Assembly: GCA_039818205.1 (NCBI GenBank)
Contig: JBCBUK010000009.1
Coordinates: 96,001 to 160,000 of the forward strand
Direction of reading: 5' to 3'
DNA length: 64,000 nucleotides
DNA from: Verrucomicrobiota bacterium
GTDB lineage: Bacteria; Verrucomicrobiota; Verrucomicrobiia; Opitutales; Cerasicoccaceae
Part shown: piece by piece, positions 39,144-48,258 of the stretch
How the letters are laid out: each line of letters starts with the position of its first letter
Position numbering within the stretch: the stretch's first letter is position 1
The notes under the pieces: model-generated
Databases searched by the model: none
Seen by the model: only the letters and a program-made list of their open reading frames with translations
Told to the model about the DNA's origin: nothing
Translations under genes and position numbers: made by a program

Positions 39144-39503
39144 ATGATGCTCATCCCACAAACCCATTTTCATTCCCTGATCGACGAGGACAAGGAATGG
39201 TATTCCGTTCAGGATGTTGCGGCCATCATTGGTCGCACCGATCAGTATGTCCGCGACTGTTTTGACAACGGTCACCTGCTTGGCCACCGCTTAGTTGGTC
39301 GCAGTCGGAATGGAGCCAGCGGTCGTCGCTCTTACCAAGTGCATCGTGATGGCCTGGTACTTTACCTCCTGGAAACCGCTAACTACGAACCGGAGGATTT
39401 TATGGAGCGCGTCGCAAGTATACTCAGCAAGCGCCACCCGGATGAGATCCAGGCAATTGCTGAGCAAGCCATTTCGACGGGGCGCCGGCGTCGGCGTTTC
39501 TGA
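39144..39503 (+). CDS. Excisionase/MerR-like winged HTH protein
   Basis: WYSVQDVAAIIGRTDQYVRDCFDNGHLLG...SYQVHRDGL. Confidence 0.65.
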   Translation: MMLIPQTHFHSLIDEDKEWYSVQDVAAIIGRTDQYVRDCFDNGHLLGHRLVGRSRNGASGRRSYQVHRDGLVLYLLETANYEPEDFMERVASILSKRHPDEIQAIAEQAISTGRRRRRF

Positions 39504-39558
39504 GCTTTTGAAACACTCAGACGCCATACTTACGACTACGCCTGATCATTCCTATTCT

Positions 39559-39921
39559 TTAAGGGCTCCAGTAGGAGAAATAGAAAAGATTTCCTTTCTT
39601 TTCGATCGTAGCTTCTTCACTGGACTCACTTGTATATCTATCCTTGAGCTGGCTCTGGATCAGCGCACTATCCTCTTCTGAGGCAGAGAAGGTGATCTCC
39701 ATCCAATCACCAGTCATGCTTGTCATGCCCTTCACATCGTGGATCTGAACGCTTACAGGCTTCGGATCCAAAATAAAGGCTGTGAAAGCCCGGTTGGCAT
39801 CATTAATTGTCCAAGATTTAGTCGTGCCTGGATAGATAAAAAAAGTGAAGGCGAAGAAAGCGAAAAAAGCAGCTCCGCAAATCAGCGCAGAAACAAATAA
39901 CCTCTTCAGGATTTTATTCAC
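39559..39921 (-). CDS. Hypothetical membrane-anchored protein
   Basis: N-terminal Phe-rich TM helix; directly downstream of carA. Confidence 0.55.
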   Translation of the reverse strand: MNKILKRLFVSALICGAAFFAFFAFTFFIYPGTTKSWTINDANRAFTAFILDPKPVSVQIHDVKGMTSMTGDWMEITFSASEEDSALIQSQLKDRYTSESSEEATIEKKGNLFYFSYWSP

Positions 39922-39937
39922 TTTCCAGCCGTGCCGC

Positions 39938-41095
39938 TTAGGCCTTGGATTTGGCAACTAGCTCGTAGAACTGCTGGAAGAGTGGATCGGCGTCGTTGGG
40001 CCCGGGAGCGGCTTCGGGGTGATACTGTACACTGAAAATGGGCAGATCCTTATGCCGAAGGCCTTCAACGGTGTCGTCGTTCAGATTGATTTCCGTCACG
40101 ACGGCTCCACGGTTTTCCAGGTCTTCGCGCTTCGCCGCGAATCCGTGATTCTGAGCAGTGATTGCGACCGTTCCAGTTTCCAAATTCTTGACGGGCTGAT
40201 TCCCACCGCGGTGACCAAACTTGAGCTTATAAGTCGGGGCGCCGAGGGCGTGAGTGATGACCTGGTGCCCGAAACAGATACCGAAGGTTGGGTAATCTTG
40301 CATGACCTTTGCCACCGTCTTGTGGGCATAGGTTACGGCGGCCGGGTCTCCAGGACCGTTGCTGAGGAAGAGGCCATCTGGGTTCAGCTCAGCAATTTGT
40401 TCTGGGCTGGCATCGGCCGGGAGAACCCAGACATCGAAGCCGTGCATCTTCAATTTGCGATAAATGGAACGCTTGGCGCCAAAATCGAGCGCGACTGCCT
40501 TGAAGACGGGGCCGTCCTGCGGCGCGGGATATAGTTTGGTGCCCGGAACCGTAAATTGTTCAATTTTCGTGTCGGGCTCGAAATGGTAGGGCTCCTTGGC
40601 GGTCACGGCTTTCACGTAGTCAACACCGACGAGGCCGGTCCAATCCTTGGCCTTAGAAACGGCCTCCTCATCGCTCAAGCCTTCGGTGGAGAGGCAGGCG
40701 CTCATCGCCCCGGCGACGCGCAGGCGCTTGGTGATTGCGCGGGTGTCGACGCCTTCTAGACCTGGAATGTCGTTACGGCTTAAATACTCGGGCAAGGACT
40801 CCACGCTGCGCCAGTTGCTAACAACCGGGCTGAGGTCGCGGACGACAAATCCAGCTGCCTTCGGGCCATCGGATTCTTCATCCTCCGGGTTCACGCCATA
40901 GTTGCCGATTTGGACGGCTGTCATGGTGACGATCTGTGCGTAGTAGGATGGATCCGTGAGGATTTCCTGATAGCCAGTCATCGAGGTATTAAAAACGGCT
41001 TCGCCAACCACGGTGCGCGAGGCACCGAAGGCGCGTCCACGAAAAATAGTCCCATCTTCCAGGGCGAGTACAGCGTTGTGTGAGTCGTCTGACAT
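39938..41095 (-). CDS. carA: Carbamoyl-phosphate synthase small subunit
   Basis: FNTSMTGYQEILTDPSY, SNGPGDP, GICFGHQ, QYHPEAAPGP. Confidence 0.97.
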   Translation of the reverse strand: MSDDSHNAVLALEDGTIFRGRAFGASRTVVGEAVFNTSMTGYQEILTDPSYYAQIVTMTAVQIGNYGVNPEDEESDGPKAAGFVVRDLSPVVSNWRSVESLPEYLSRNDIPGLEGVDTRAITKRLRVAGAMSACLSTEGLSDEEAVSKAKDWTGLVGVDYVKAVTAKEPYHFEPDTKIEQFTVPGTKLYPAPQDGPVFKAVALDFGAKRSIYRKLKMHGFDVWVLPADASPEQIAELNPDGLFLSNGPGDPAAVTYAHKTVAKVMQDYPTFGICFGHQVITHALGAPTYKLKFGHRGGNQPVKNLETGTVAITAQNHGFAAKREDLENRGAVVTEINLNDDTVEGLRHKDLPIFSVQYHPEAAPGPNDADPLFQQFYELVAKSKA

Positions 41096-41186
41096 TAACC
41101 GGCAGACAAAAGACCCCAGCCGCATTTCGCGCAAGCGGAAAAGGTGCGAACTAGACTTATTTCCATTTTCAGGCTAACGAGAGGGG

Positions 41187-42152
41187 ATGACAGTCGGTCA
41201 ACAGATCCAACAATCGCTCTCGAGAAGCGCAATTTTCTTCGGCTATCTGGGGATTCTGGCGAGTTTGATGGGCTTCCTCTCGCAGTTGCATTGGTTCCTG
41301 GCCTTGGCTTCTCATTTCCGCATCCAGTATGCGCTGGGTTTGGCTATTCTTGGATTGTTGTTACTGATTTTTCGGCGTTGGGTGAATGCGGCGATCATCC
41401 TGGTTTTTGCGGTGATCAACGGCTTTCTGTTGGTCCCGCTGTTTGTGGGAGGAAGTTTTGAATCAACACACGATGGGCCGATCCTGCGGGTGATGGCCTA
41501 CAACGTAAACACCTCGCAAGGAAAGCCACAGGAGGCAAAGCAGGTCATCGAAAGCTTTGATCCCGATGTGCTCGTATTAGCCGAAGTGAGTGCTCGTTGG
41601 TTGGGAGAGCTTAAGCCGCTGCTCGAGAAATATCCCTACTCGCGAGCGGTTCCGCGGGATGACAATTTTGGCATCGGGCTTTACAGCAAGTTTCCATTGG
41701 AGGAGATCGCGGTGGAATATCTGGCGGCGGCGAGTGTGCCAACCATCATGGCCGACGTTGAATGGGCAGGCGATAAGGTGCGCGTGATTGCCACGCATCC
41801 TTTGCCGCCAATCGGTGGTCAGTATTCTTGGAACCGCAATCAGCAGATCCTTGAGCTCTCTTCGATGGTTCCGCAATCGGGACCCACACTCGTAGTCGGG
41901 GATTTGAACATCACGCGTTGGGATGCGAATTTTGCGCCGTTGTTGAAGCATCCGCGCCTCAACGACAGTTCGGTCGGGCAGGGCTGGCAACCCACTTGGC
42001 CGGCGGGTGTGTGGCCGTTGATGATACCGATTGACCATGCGTTCTATAGTGACGAGCTGGTTCTTGTGAACCGCGAGGTGGGTCCGGCGGGTGGTTCAGA
42101 TCACTTGCCAGTGATCATTGATGTCGGGCTGAAAGCGCCGACTGTCGATTGA
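41187..42152 (+). CDS. Membrane-anchored endonuclease/exonuclease/phosphatase family protein
   Basis: N-terminal TMs; AYNV, GDLN, IDH, GSDH. Confidence 0.9.
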   Translation: MTVGQQIQQSLSRSAIFFGYLGILASLMGFLSQLHWFLALASHFRIQYALGLAILGLLLLIFRRWVNAAIILVFAVINGFLLVPLFVGGSFESTHDGPILRVMAYNVNTSQGKPQEAKQVIESFDPDVLVLAEVSARWLGELKPLLEKYPYSRAVPRDDNFGIGLYSKFPLEEIAVEYLAAASVPTIMADVEWAGDKVRVIATHPLPPIGGQYSWNRNQQILELSSMVPQSGPTLVVGDLNITRWDANFAPLLKHPRLNDSSVGQGWQPTWPAGVWPLMIPIDHAFYSDELVLVNREVGPAGGSDHLPVIIDVGLKAPTVD

Positions 42153-42192
42153 GCGCTTGCACTGGCGCGGGTGCGCACATTGCATGGTTCCG

Positions 42193-43095
42193 ATGGAGCC
42201 TATCCAGTTCTACAATCGCTATACTCAACAAATCGAAACCGAGCAGGTGTTTGGTGAATCCTGGCTAGCCTGGGCGTATGAGTCACCCATGGGAAAGCTA
42301 ACGGTTGAGCTCGCCGCGAAGCGGGCTTGGTTTTCGCGTTGGTATGGGTGGAAAATGAATCGGCGTTCCAGTGCTGCTCAAATTTTTCCGTTTATTGAAG
42401 ACTACGGCTTGGACATCGCAGAGTTTTTGAAGCCGCCGGATGCCTTTGACTGCTTCAACGATTTTTTCTTTCGGCAACTCAAGCCCGAGGCGCGCCCGAT
42501 CGATGAGGATCCCGCCAGTGTGGTTTTCCCGGCCGATGGTCGACACTTTGGCTGGGCGGATTCCTCCAAGATCGATCAGGTATTTGTGAAGGGACAAACC
42601 TTTGATCTTGAGGCCCTGTTGGCTGACGCGGAATTGGCGGAACGATTCCGGGGTGGGGCGATGGTGCTGTCTCGATTGTGCCCGGTTGACTATCATCGAT
42701 TTCATTTTCCAGCCGCTGGCGTGCCCGGTGCTCCCCGGGAGGTCACCCGCCGGATTGAGGGCCCGCTCTATTCCGTTAACCCCGTCGCGTTGCGGCAGCG
42801 TCTATCGATCATGTGGACGAATTTGCGTGAGGTCACGATTCTCCATTCCGACGAGCACGGAGACGTAGCCTTGGTTGAGGTCGGTGCAACCTGCGTTGGC
42901 AGCATTGTCCAAACACACGTGCCTGGTCAATGGGTTGGGAAGGGCGGTGAAAAGGGATACTTCGCGTTTGGTGGCTCAAGCACGATCACGCTGTTTGAGC
43001 CGGGGCGGGTTCGCTTGGCAGACGACTTGTTAGAGCAAACGACTGCTGGTCGAGAACTTTATGCGCGCATGGGCGATCAGATGGGCTCTCAATAA
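42193..43095 (+). CDS. psd: Phosphatidylserine decarboxylase
   Basis: FNDFFFR, PADG, RLCPVDYHRFHFP, VGATCVGSI, FGGSS self-cleavage motif. Confidence 0.93.
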   Translation: MEPIQFYNRYTQQIETEQVFGESWLAWAYESPMGKLTVELAAKRAWFSRWYGWKMNRRSSAAQIFPFIEDYGLDIAEFLKPPDAFDCFNDFFFRQLKPEARPIDEDPASVVFPADGRHFGWADSSKIDQVFVKGQTFDLEALLADAELAERFRGGAMVLSRLCPVDYHRFHFPAAGVPGAPREVTRRIEGPLYSVNPVALRQRLSIMWTNLREVTILHSDEHGDVALVEVGATCVGSIVQTHVPGQWVGKGGEKGYFAFGGSSTITLFEPGRVRLADDLLEQTTAGRELYARMGDQMGSQ

Positions 43096-43156
43096 AGTTT
43101 TCGGTGATCGTTTATTAGCGGGAATAGGTCGCCGAGTAGGCGCTCTTATTGTTGTC

Positions 43157-43711
43157 ATGAACGATGTAGTTACAATCGCGGCCCTGAAGCGTGAGCGGGA
43201 AGTCAATCACCTGAGGGATTGCTATTATTTATCTCGCAACGGCAAGATGGTTGACCGACCCCTGTCGTTGACCTCCGTTGAACTCTCGCTTCAAGCGGAT
43301 CCGAAATCGACCTACACGGTAATCCATGCCGATCAGGTAAATGCGCCGATGCAAAAATGGCGCAAGCTAACCCTTCGCAGCGGTATTCGACTGCCTTCGA
43401 AAGGGAACACCTCGTTTTATGTGGCGAACAAGAAATCCAGCCATGAACCCAGTGAGAAAACGACGCAGGAAGCGTCACTGTGCATGCTTGAGCAACGTGT
43501 TGAGGCGTGTGAGGAGCACCAGTCAGCAATGATTGATTCAATCCAACGTCTGCAGTCGGCGATCGACACCTTGAGCCGACAGGATGAATCGGGCGTGTTG
43601 AGCTCGGAGATTCATGCCGCGCGGAGTCACTTGAATGAGCTCCACACGGCGCTTTGGCGCGACCGGCAAGAACTGGAAGAGCTGGGCTCAGACGTTCGTG
43701 GTGTCGCCTGA
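43157..43711 (+). CDS. Hypothetical protein with C-terminal coiled coil
   Basis: ORF filling the gap; heptad-like C-terminal half. Confidence 0.55.
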   Translation: MNDVVTIAALKREREVNHLRDCYYLSRNGKMVDRPLSLTSVELSLQADPKSTYTVIHADQVNAPMQKWRKLTLRSGIRLPSKGNTSFYVANKKSSHEPSEKTTQEASLCMLEQRVEACEEHQSAMIDSIQRLQSAIDTLSRQDESGVLSSEIHAARSHLNELHTALWRDRQELEELGSDVRGVA

Positions 43712-43864
43712 AAAAGTTTTTTTGATAGATTAGGATAAAGTAGGATAGCATACGTGAGGCCTGCCGGACAGAGGACGGCAGGCCTCGTTTTCGGGGAACT
43801 GTTTTCGGTGATGCAATTTTTTCGTGCATTGGCGGGAAAAAATTGCTGGAAACTAGGGTTGAGG

Positions 43865-44602
43865 ATGAAAGTTTCCCAAGCACAACATTACTTTCAGCAA
43901 CCCGAGGTCGTGCAGAACTATGCGTTGGCCGTTTCGCGGGTGGGCTTATGGATTAGCGAAGAACGGATTTTCCAGCGGGTATTTTCCGCAGAGCAGTCGA
44001 TCCTGGAACTGGGATGTGGCGCTGGCCGAATAGCCTTTGGTTTGTGGGAACTTGGCTATAAAAAGGTCTTAGCCACCGATTACTGCAAGGAGATGGTCGC
44101 GGAGGCGCGCCGGCTGAACAAAATCCTGGAGTATGGCGTACCCGTCCAGCAGGCCGATGCGATTCGGTTGGAATTCGAGGATGGATCCTTTGACGGCGCA
44201 ATTTTTGGATTTAACGGCTTGATGCAGATCCCTGGTCGGGAAAATCGTCTGCAAGCCATGAAAGAAGTTTCTCGGGTGCTCAAACCTGAGAGTTGGTTTG
44301 TCTTCACGGGCCACGATCGTAACCGCCATGGCCGCAAGAGCTTCTGGAAGGAAGAACGTAAGACCTGGATGAAGGGGCGGCAGCATCCGCAAATCGAGGA
44401 ATTCGGCGATCTCTACTACGAAGGAGACGAAGGCCACTGGATGTTTATCCACGCCGCGGACTCCCGCGAGGTAAAAGCTGACCTTGCTGAGGCGGGGTTC
44501 CGAGTCGAGGTTTCGGCCCTGCGTTCGGAAATTTGTATGGAACCACCTGAGGTCCGGGATTTCTCAGATGATACACGCTTTTGGGTTGTCCAAAAAACTT
44601 GA
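43865..44602 (+). CDS. Class I SAM-dependent methyltransferase
   Basis: ILELGCGAGR, FEDGSFDG, RVLKP. Confidence 0.9.
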   Translation: MKVSQAQHYFQQPEVVQNYALAVSRVGLWISEERIFQRVFSAEQSILELGCGAGRIAFGLWELGYKKVLATDYCKEMVAEARRLNKILEYGVPVQQADAIRLEFEDGSFDGAIFGFNGLMQIPGRENRLQAMKEVSRVLKPESWFVFTGHDRNRHGRKSFWKEERKTWMKGRQHPQIEEFGDLYYEGDEGHWMFIHAADSREVKADLAEAGFRVEVSALRSEICMEPPEVRDFSDDTRFWVVQKT

Positions 44603-44701
44603 TCGAAGTCCGGCATGAAACCTCAACAAATCCGGGCTTCACATTTACTCGTTTGCCTTTAAGTTTCCCACCTTCGCTTGTTGACCATCAAATTTATACA
44701 C

Positions 44702-45427
44702 ATGAGACACTCCACAATTGCCGTAATTGCTATGACCATGCTTTGTTCGCTGACTTTGTCGGCGGAATCTGTTGACGCGTTCATCCAGAAGGTGCGGTCG
44801 CAATTGGGCACTGAAGACGCGCTCAACTCGGTCAAATCGATTCACTATAAGGGCAAGGTGATCTCGCCAACCGGTGAGGAGTCCTCTGAGCTGGAGCTGA
44901 TATTTCAGGCACCGAACTATCAGCTTCTGCGCGAGACCAATGAGAAGGCAGTGAACCAAACTGCGGTGAATGGATATGAAGGTTATGTGATGTCTTACTC
45001 CGTTGCTGACCCAAACCAGAAGGTGATCCGCGTTTTGGCTCCCGCGCAAGTGAAGCGGCTCATGGCGAATGCGGTGGAAAATTTGAATTTTTTCAATGGT
45101 CCTAAGAAGATGCGCAAAGCGATTATTGAGGACGGTGGCCAGGTTGACTACAACGGGCAAACCGTCCGTAAGCTTGTTTTTGATTATCCCGTGTCGGGCC
45201 TTTCCTATACTCGCTATTTTGATCCAAAATCGGGCAAGCTCCTGGCAACAACCAGCAGCGATGGACTGACCATGGTAGAAAAGAGCTCATTGGTTGTCGA
45301 CGGCGTTAAGTTTCCAAAATCCGTCGATACCTATGATGACACGGGTGCTCTGCTGCGCACGGTCGAGTTTGATACGGTGATTGTTAACGGCGATATTGCA
45401 CCGGACGCCTTTGATTTCCCCAACTGA
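44702..45427 (+). CDS. Exported LolA-like / outer-membrane lipoprotein-sorting-like protein
   Basis: Signal peptide; LGTEDALNSVKSI, YFDPKSGKL, VDGVKFP, C-terminal F. Confidence 0.65.
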   Translation: MRHSTIAVIAMTMLCSLTLSAESVDAFIQKVRSQLGTEDALNSVKSIHYKGKVISPTGEESSELELIFQAPNYQLLRETNEKAVNQTAVNGYEGYVMSYSVADPNQKVIRVLAPAQVKRLMANAVENLNFFNGPKKMRKAIIEDGGQVDYNGQTVRKLVFDYPVSGLSYTRYFDPKSGKLLATTSSDGLTMVEKSSLVVDGVKFPKSVDTYDDTGALLRTVEFDTVIVNGDIAPDAFDFPN

Positions 45428-45505
45428 GCCTGAAGCTTAGAGAAATCGGCAGTTTCTTGTTTTCCCGGTTGCGCGTATTCCGGGTCGTGATCATCGTATG
45501 GGTCA

Positions 45506-46801
45506 ATGAAAGTATTGGAATACGGTCAACGGGGATTTCAGTCGAAGCTCAACAAAGCTTGCCCGGCCTTTAAGGCGTCGGACGACATTGCTGAAACCGT
45601 TCGTCAAATTATTGCGGAGGTCGCTCAGGAAGGTGACCGGGCGGTGTTTCGCTACACCGCAAAGTTTGACCAAGCAACGATTAGCCCACGCACGCTGAAG
45701 GTTCAAGAAAACGAACTGGCCGAGGCACCCAAGTCGCTTACCGCCGCGCAGCGCAAGGCAATCCGCGAGTCAATCAAGTGTGTTCGTGATTTTCACAAGA
45801 AGACGCTACCGAAGAGCTGGCAGGATAAGAACCCGCACGGTGCCACGGTTGGCGAAGCATTTTACCCAATCCAGAGAGTCGGCCTTTACGTTCCTGGTGG
45901 GCAGGTTCCACTCGTATCCACGGTGATCATGAGCGCGGTACTGGCCAAACTTGCTGGCTGTCCGGAGATCGTCGTTTGCACGCCTCCACAGGCGGATGGT
46001 ACGGTCAACCCCAGCCTCTTGGCTGCTTTGCAGCTATGTGGCGTTGAGGAAGTCTACAAGATTGGTGGGGTGCAGGCGATTGCTGCGATGGCGCTGGGAA
46101 CAAAACTGGTGCCAGCCGTCGACAAAGTATTTGGCCCGGGCAATGCCTACGTGATGGAGGCCAAGCGCGCGCTATTTGGCCAGGTCGGTGTTGATCTTTT
46201 GCCGGGTCCAAGTGAGGTGCTTGTCATTGGCGATGAGACTGCTGATCCCGCCTACATTGCCGCAGACTTGTTGGCGCAGGCGGAACACGGTACCGGCAAG
46301 GAGAAGGTTTATTTGATCGTCACGGACCGGGCTCAATATGACGCCGTCGCGGCCGAGGTGAAAGAGCAGGCCAAGACACTTAGCCATCGTGATGCGGCGC
46401 TTGGAGTTCTTAAAACGCATGGCTTGTGCGTCATCGCGGATGACTTGGATGCCATCGCGGAGGTTGCGAATTTTATCGCACCCGAGCACATGGAACTTCA
46501 GGTGAAGCCAGCTTGGCAGAAAGCGTTGATGAAATCCATTACCACCGCTGGCGCGATGTTGATGGGTAGTGATACACCGACGGTGCTTGGCGATTTCACC
46601 GCGGGCCCAAGTCACACTTTACCAACCGATCGCACGGGCCGCTTTTTTGGCGGTATGCAGGTAACTGATTACATGCGGCGAACTAGCATCGTTAAGTACG
46701 ATCGAAAATCGGCTGCTCAAGCCTTACCGATTGTCCAGGCCTTCGCGGATATGGAACAGTTGGACGCCCACGGCCGCAGCCTCGAGATTCGCGTCAAATA
46801 G
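45506..46801 (+). CDS. hisD: Histidinol dehydrogenase
   Basis: GLYVPGG, GPGNAYV, GPSE, AQAEH, APEH, GPSHTLPT. Confidence 0.97.
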   Translation: MKVLEYGQRGFQSKLNKACPAFKASDDIAETVRQIIAEVAQEGDRAVFRYTAKFDQATISPRTLKVQENELAEAPKSLTAAQRKAIRESIKCVRDFHKKTLPKSWQDKNPHGATVGEAFYPIQRVGLYVPGGQVPLVSTVIMSAVLAKLAGCPEIVVCTPPQADGTVNPSLLAALQLCGVEEVYKIGGVQAIAAMALGTKLVPAVDKVFGPGNAYVMEAKRALFGQVGVDLLPGPSEVLVIGDETADPAYIAADLLAQAEHGTGKEKVYLIVTDRAQYDAVAAEVKEQAKTLSHRDAALGVLKTHGLCVIADDLDAIAEVANFIAPEHMELQVKPAWQKALMKSITTAGAMLMGSDTPTVLGDFTAGPSHTLPTDRTGRFFGGMQVTDYMRRTSIVKYDRKSAAQALPIVQAFADMEQLDAHGRSLEIRVK

Positions 46802-46809
46802 GACAAACC

Positions 46810-47781
46810 ATGACCTCCCGCCACCCGTCACTTCGTCTGCTCTTTTTGCTTGGAATCGCGAGTTGTGGTTTGCTCGTAGCAGATGATAAAGCGCCCGTTG
46901 GAAACGGTGGGCCTGGCATCCAGATTCAGTTCCTCGAGCCTGAAGCCGAGGAAGCAGCTGTTGAGGAGGAGCGCGAGCTGGATACCGAGCTGATCCCGGA
47001 CCGCGACTATGTCTTTTCTCTGCTGCGGTATCTCTATCGATGGCATATCGATGCTCCGATGCTCGAGGAGGATCTGGAAACGATTGATCACGTCACCATT
47101 GGTTACCGTGAACTTTATCCGGAGACTGACGAAACTGACCATAGCCGGTTTGCGGAAATTGTCGTTCCACTCGCTCGGACGCGGGTCACGCTCAAACGCG
47201 CGGATTATTCCATTGAGGAGCTGGACCTCGAGGTCACGAATCAGGACTTTAACGTGGTCGACGTTCTCTATGATCGCGACTTTGAATGGGACCCTGAAGA
47301 CTATGCGATCCAAGTCTATACCCGCGAGGAGATGTTCGATTGGCTCCATGAAACGCGCAATGATCGACTCTTCCCGGGGAAAGATCTGTTGAAGCTCATT
47401 CGGGCGGAGGTTCGGCGAGAGGTTCAGGCTGAACGCCCGGATTTGGTTAATCCCGACGCACCTCAGGTTGTATTTTTGGCTCCGGCGTCACCTGTTATCA
47501 ATGAGGTTTGGATTTACTGGGAGAGCGGTCATCACCTGGTGCACTTTACCTCCGATGACGACCTGGCAGATATTGATACCTGGAACAATCGCCTACACCG
47601 CGTTGAGCTTCTGGATCTCCGGGAGGATGTTGTGGTCTCCGCGTTGGAGAAGCCCGGTAGCAATGCCTACATTACCAAAGACTGGGCGGGCCGGGTGTTG
47701 TTCAACTGCATCGTGTTGGGAGCAAAACTGATTTTGCCGCCGATCGACTCGGACGACCAGACTGCCATCGTGGTCGACTAG
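46810..47781 (+). CDS. Hypothetical exported acidic protein
   Basis: Signal-peptide-like N-terminus; long ORF directly after hisD. Confidence 0.7.
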   Translation: MTSRHPSLRLLFLLGIASCGLLVADDKAPVGNGGPGIQIQFLEPEAEEAAVEEERELDTELIPDRDYVFSLLRYLYRWHIDAPMLEEDLETIDHVTIGYRELYPETDETDHSRFAEIVVPLARTRVTLKRADYSIEELDLEVTNQDFNVVDVLYDRDFEWDPEDYAIQVYTREEMFDWLHETRNDRLFPGKDLLKLIRAEVRREVQAERPDLVNPDAPQVVFLAPASPVINEVWIYWESGHHLVHFTSDDDLADIDTWNNRLHRVELLDLREDVVVSALEKPGSNAYITKDWAGRVLFNCIVLGAKLILPPIDSDDQTAIVVD

Positions 47782-48234
47782 TTACGCAGTTTCCGCTTGT
47801 TTGACGGGCGGTTTACTCTTGGGCTTGGAGGGAGTCCGCTCTTCGTCGACTTCGGCCACAGCGGTCAAGGCAGACATCACAGCCAGCGTTAGATCGCCCG
47901 CCAGCTTTTTCGCGAGGATCTCGATACCTGGTAGATTGGCTTTCTTGCGGGCGGCGACCGCAACCGCACCTTCACGTCCGCGAATCATGTGGATTGCCAG
48001 GCTTCCGCGACTATGGGTATCCAGCTTTTCCAAGCTGATCGACTCGCGTTTGTCCTGGTAATATTTGAGCACGTACTTGCCCGCATCTTCGGCCTCGGTG
48101 AGTCCGGGGTAGGTCATACTGGCGAAGGTGTCGCCGTTGATGTCCATCACAAACACCCCAATCACGTCGGAGACGTCAAATAGGGTTCGCACGCGCTTTT
48201 CCACTTTGGAAATTGCTGACACGCCTTCCAGCAA
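47782..48234 (-). CDS. Hypothetical protein with Roadblock/LC7 (MglB-like) pattern
   Basis: DVSDVIGVFVMDINGDTFAS...GAVAVAARKKANLPGI. Confidence 0.5.
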   Translation of the reverse strand: MLEGVSAISKVEKRVRTLFDVSDVIGVFVMDINGDTFASMTYPGLTEAEDAGKYVLKYYQDKRESISLEKLDTHSRGSLAIHMIRGREGAVAVAARKKANLPGIEILAKKLAGDLTLAVMSALTAVAEVDEERTPSKPKSKPPVKQAETA

Positions 48235-48258
48235 AGCTAAATTCGTGCCACTAGGGGG

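Noticed and set aside
38161..39503. Calling the RHH/HTH trio an intact prophage or ICE
   Set aside because: No integrase, att-bearing tRNA, replication or structural genes, and no flanking direct repeats seen.
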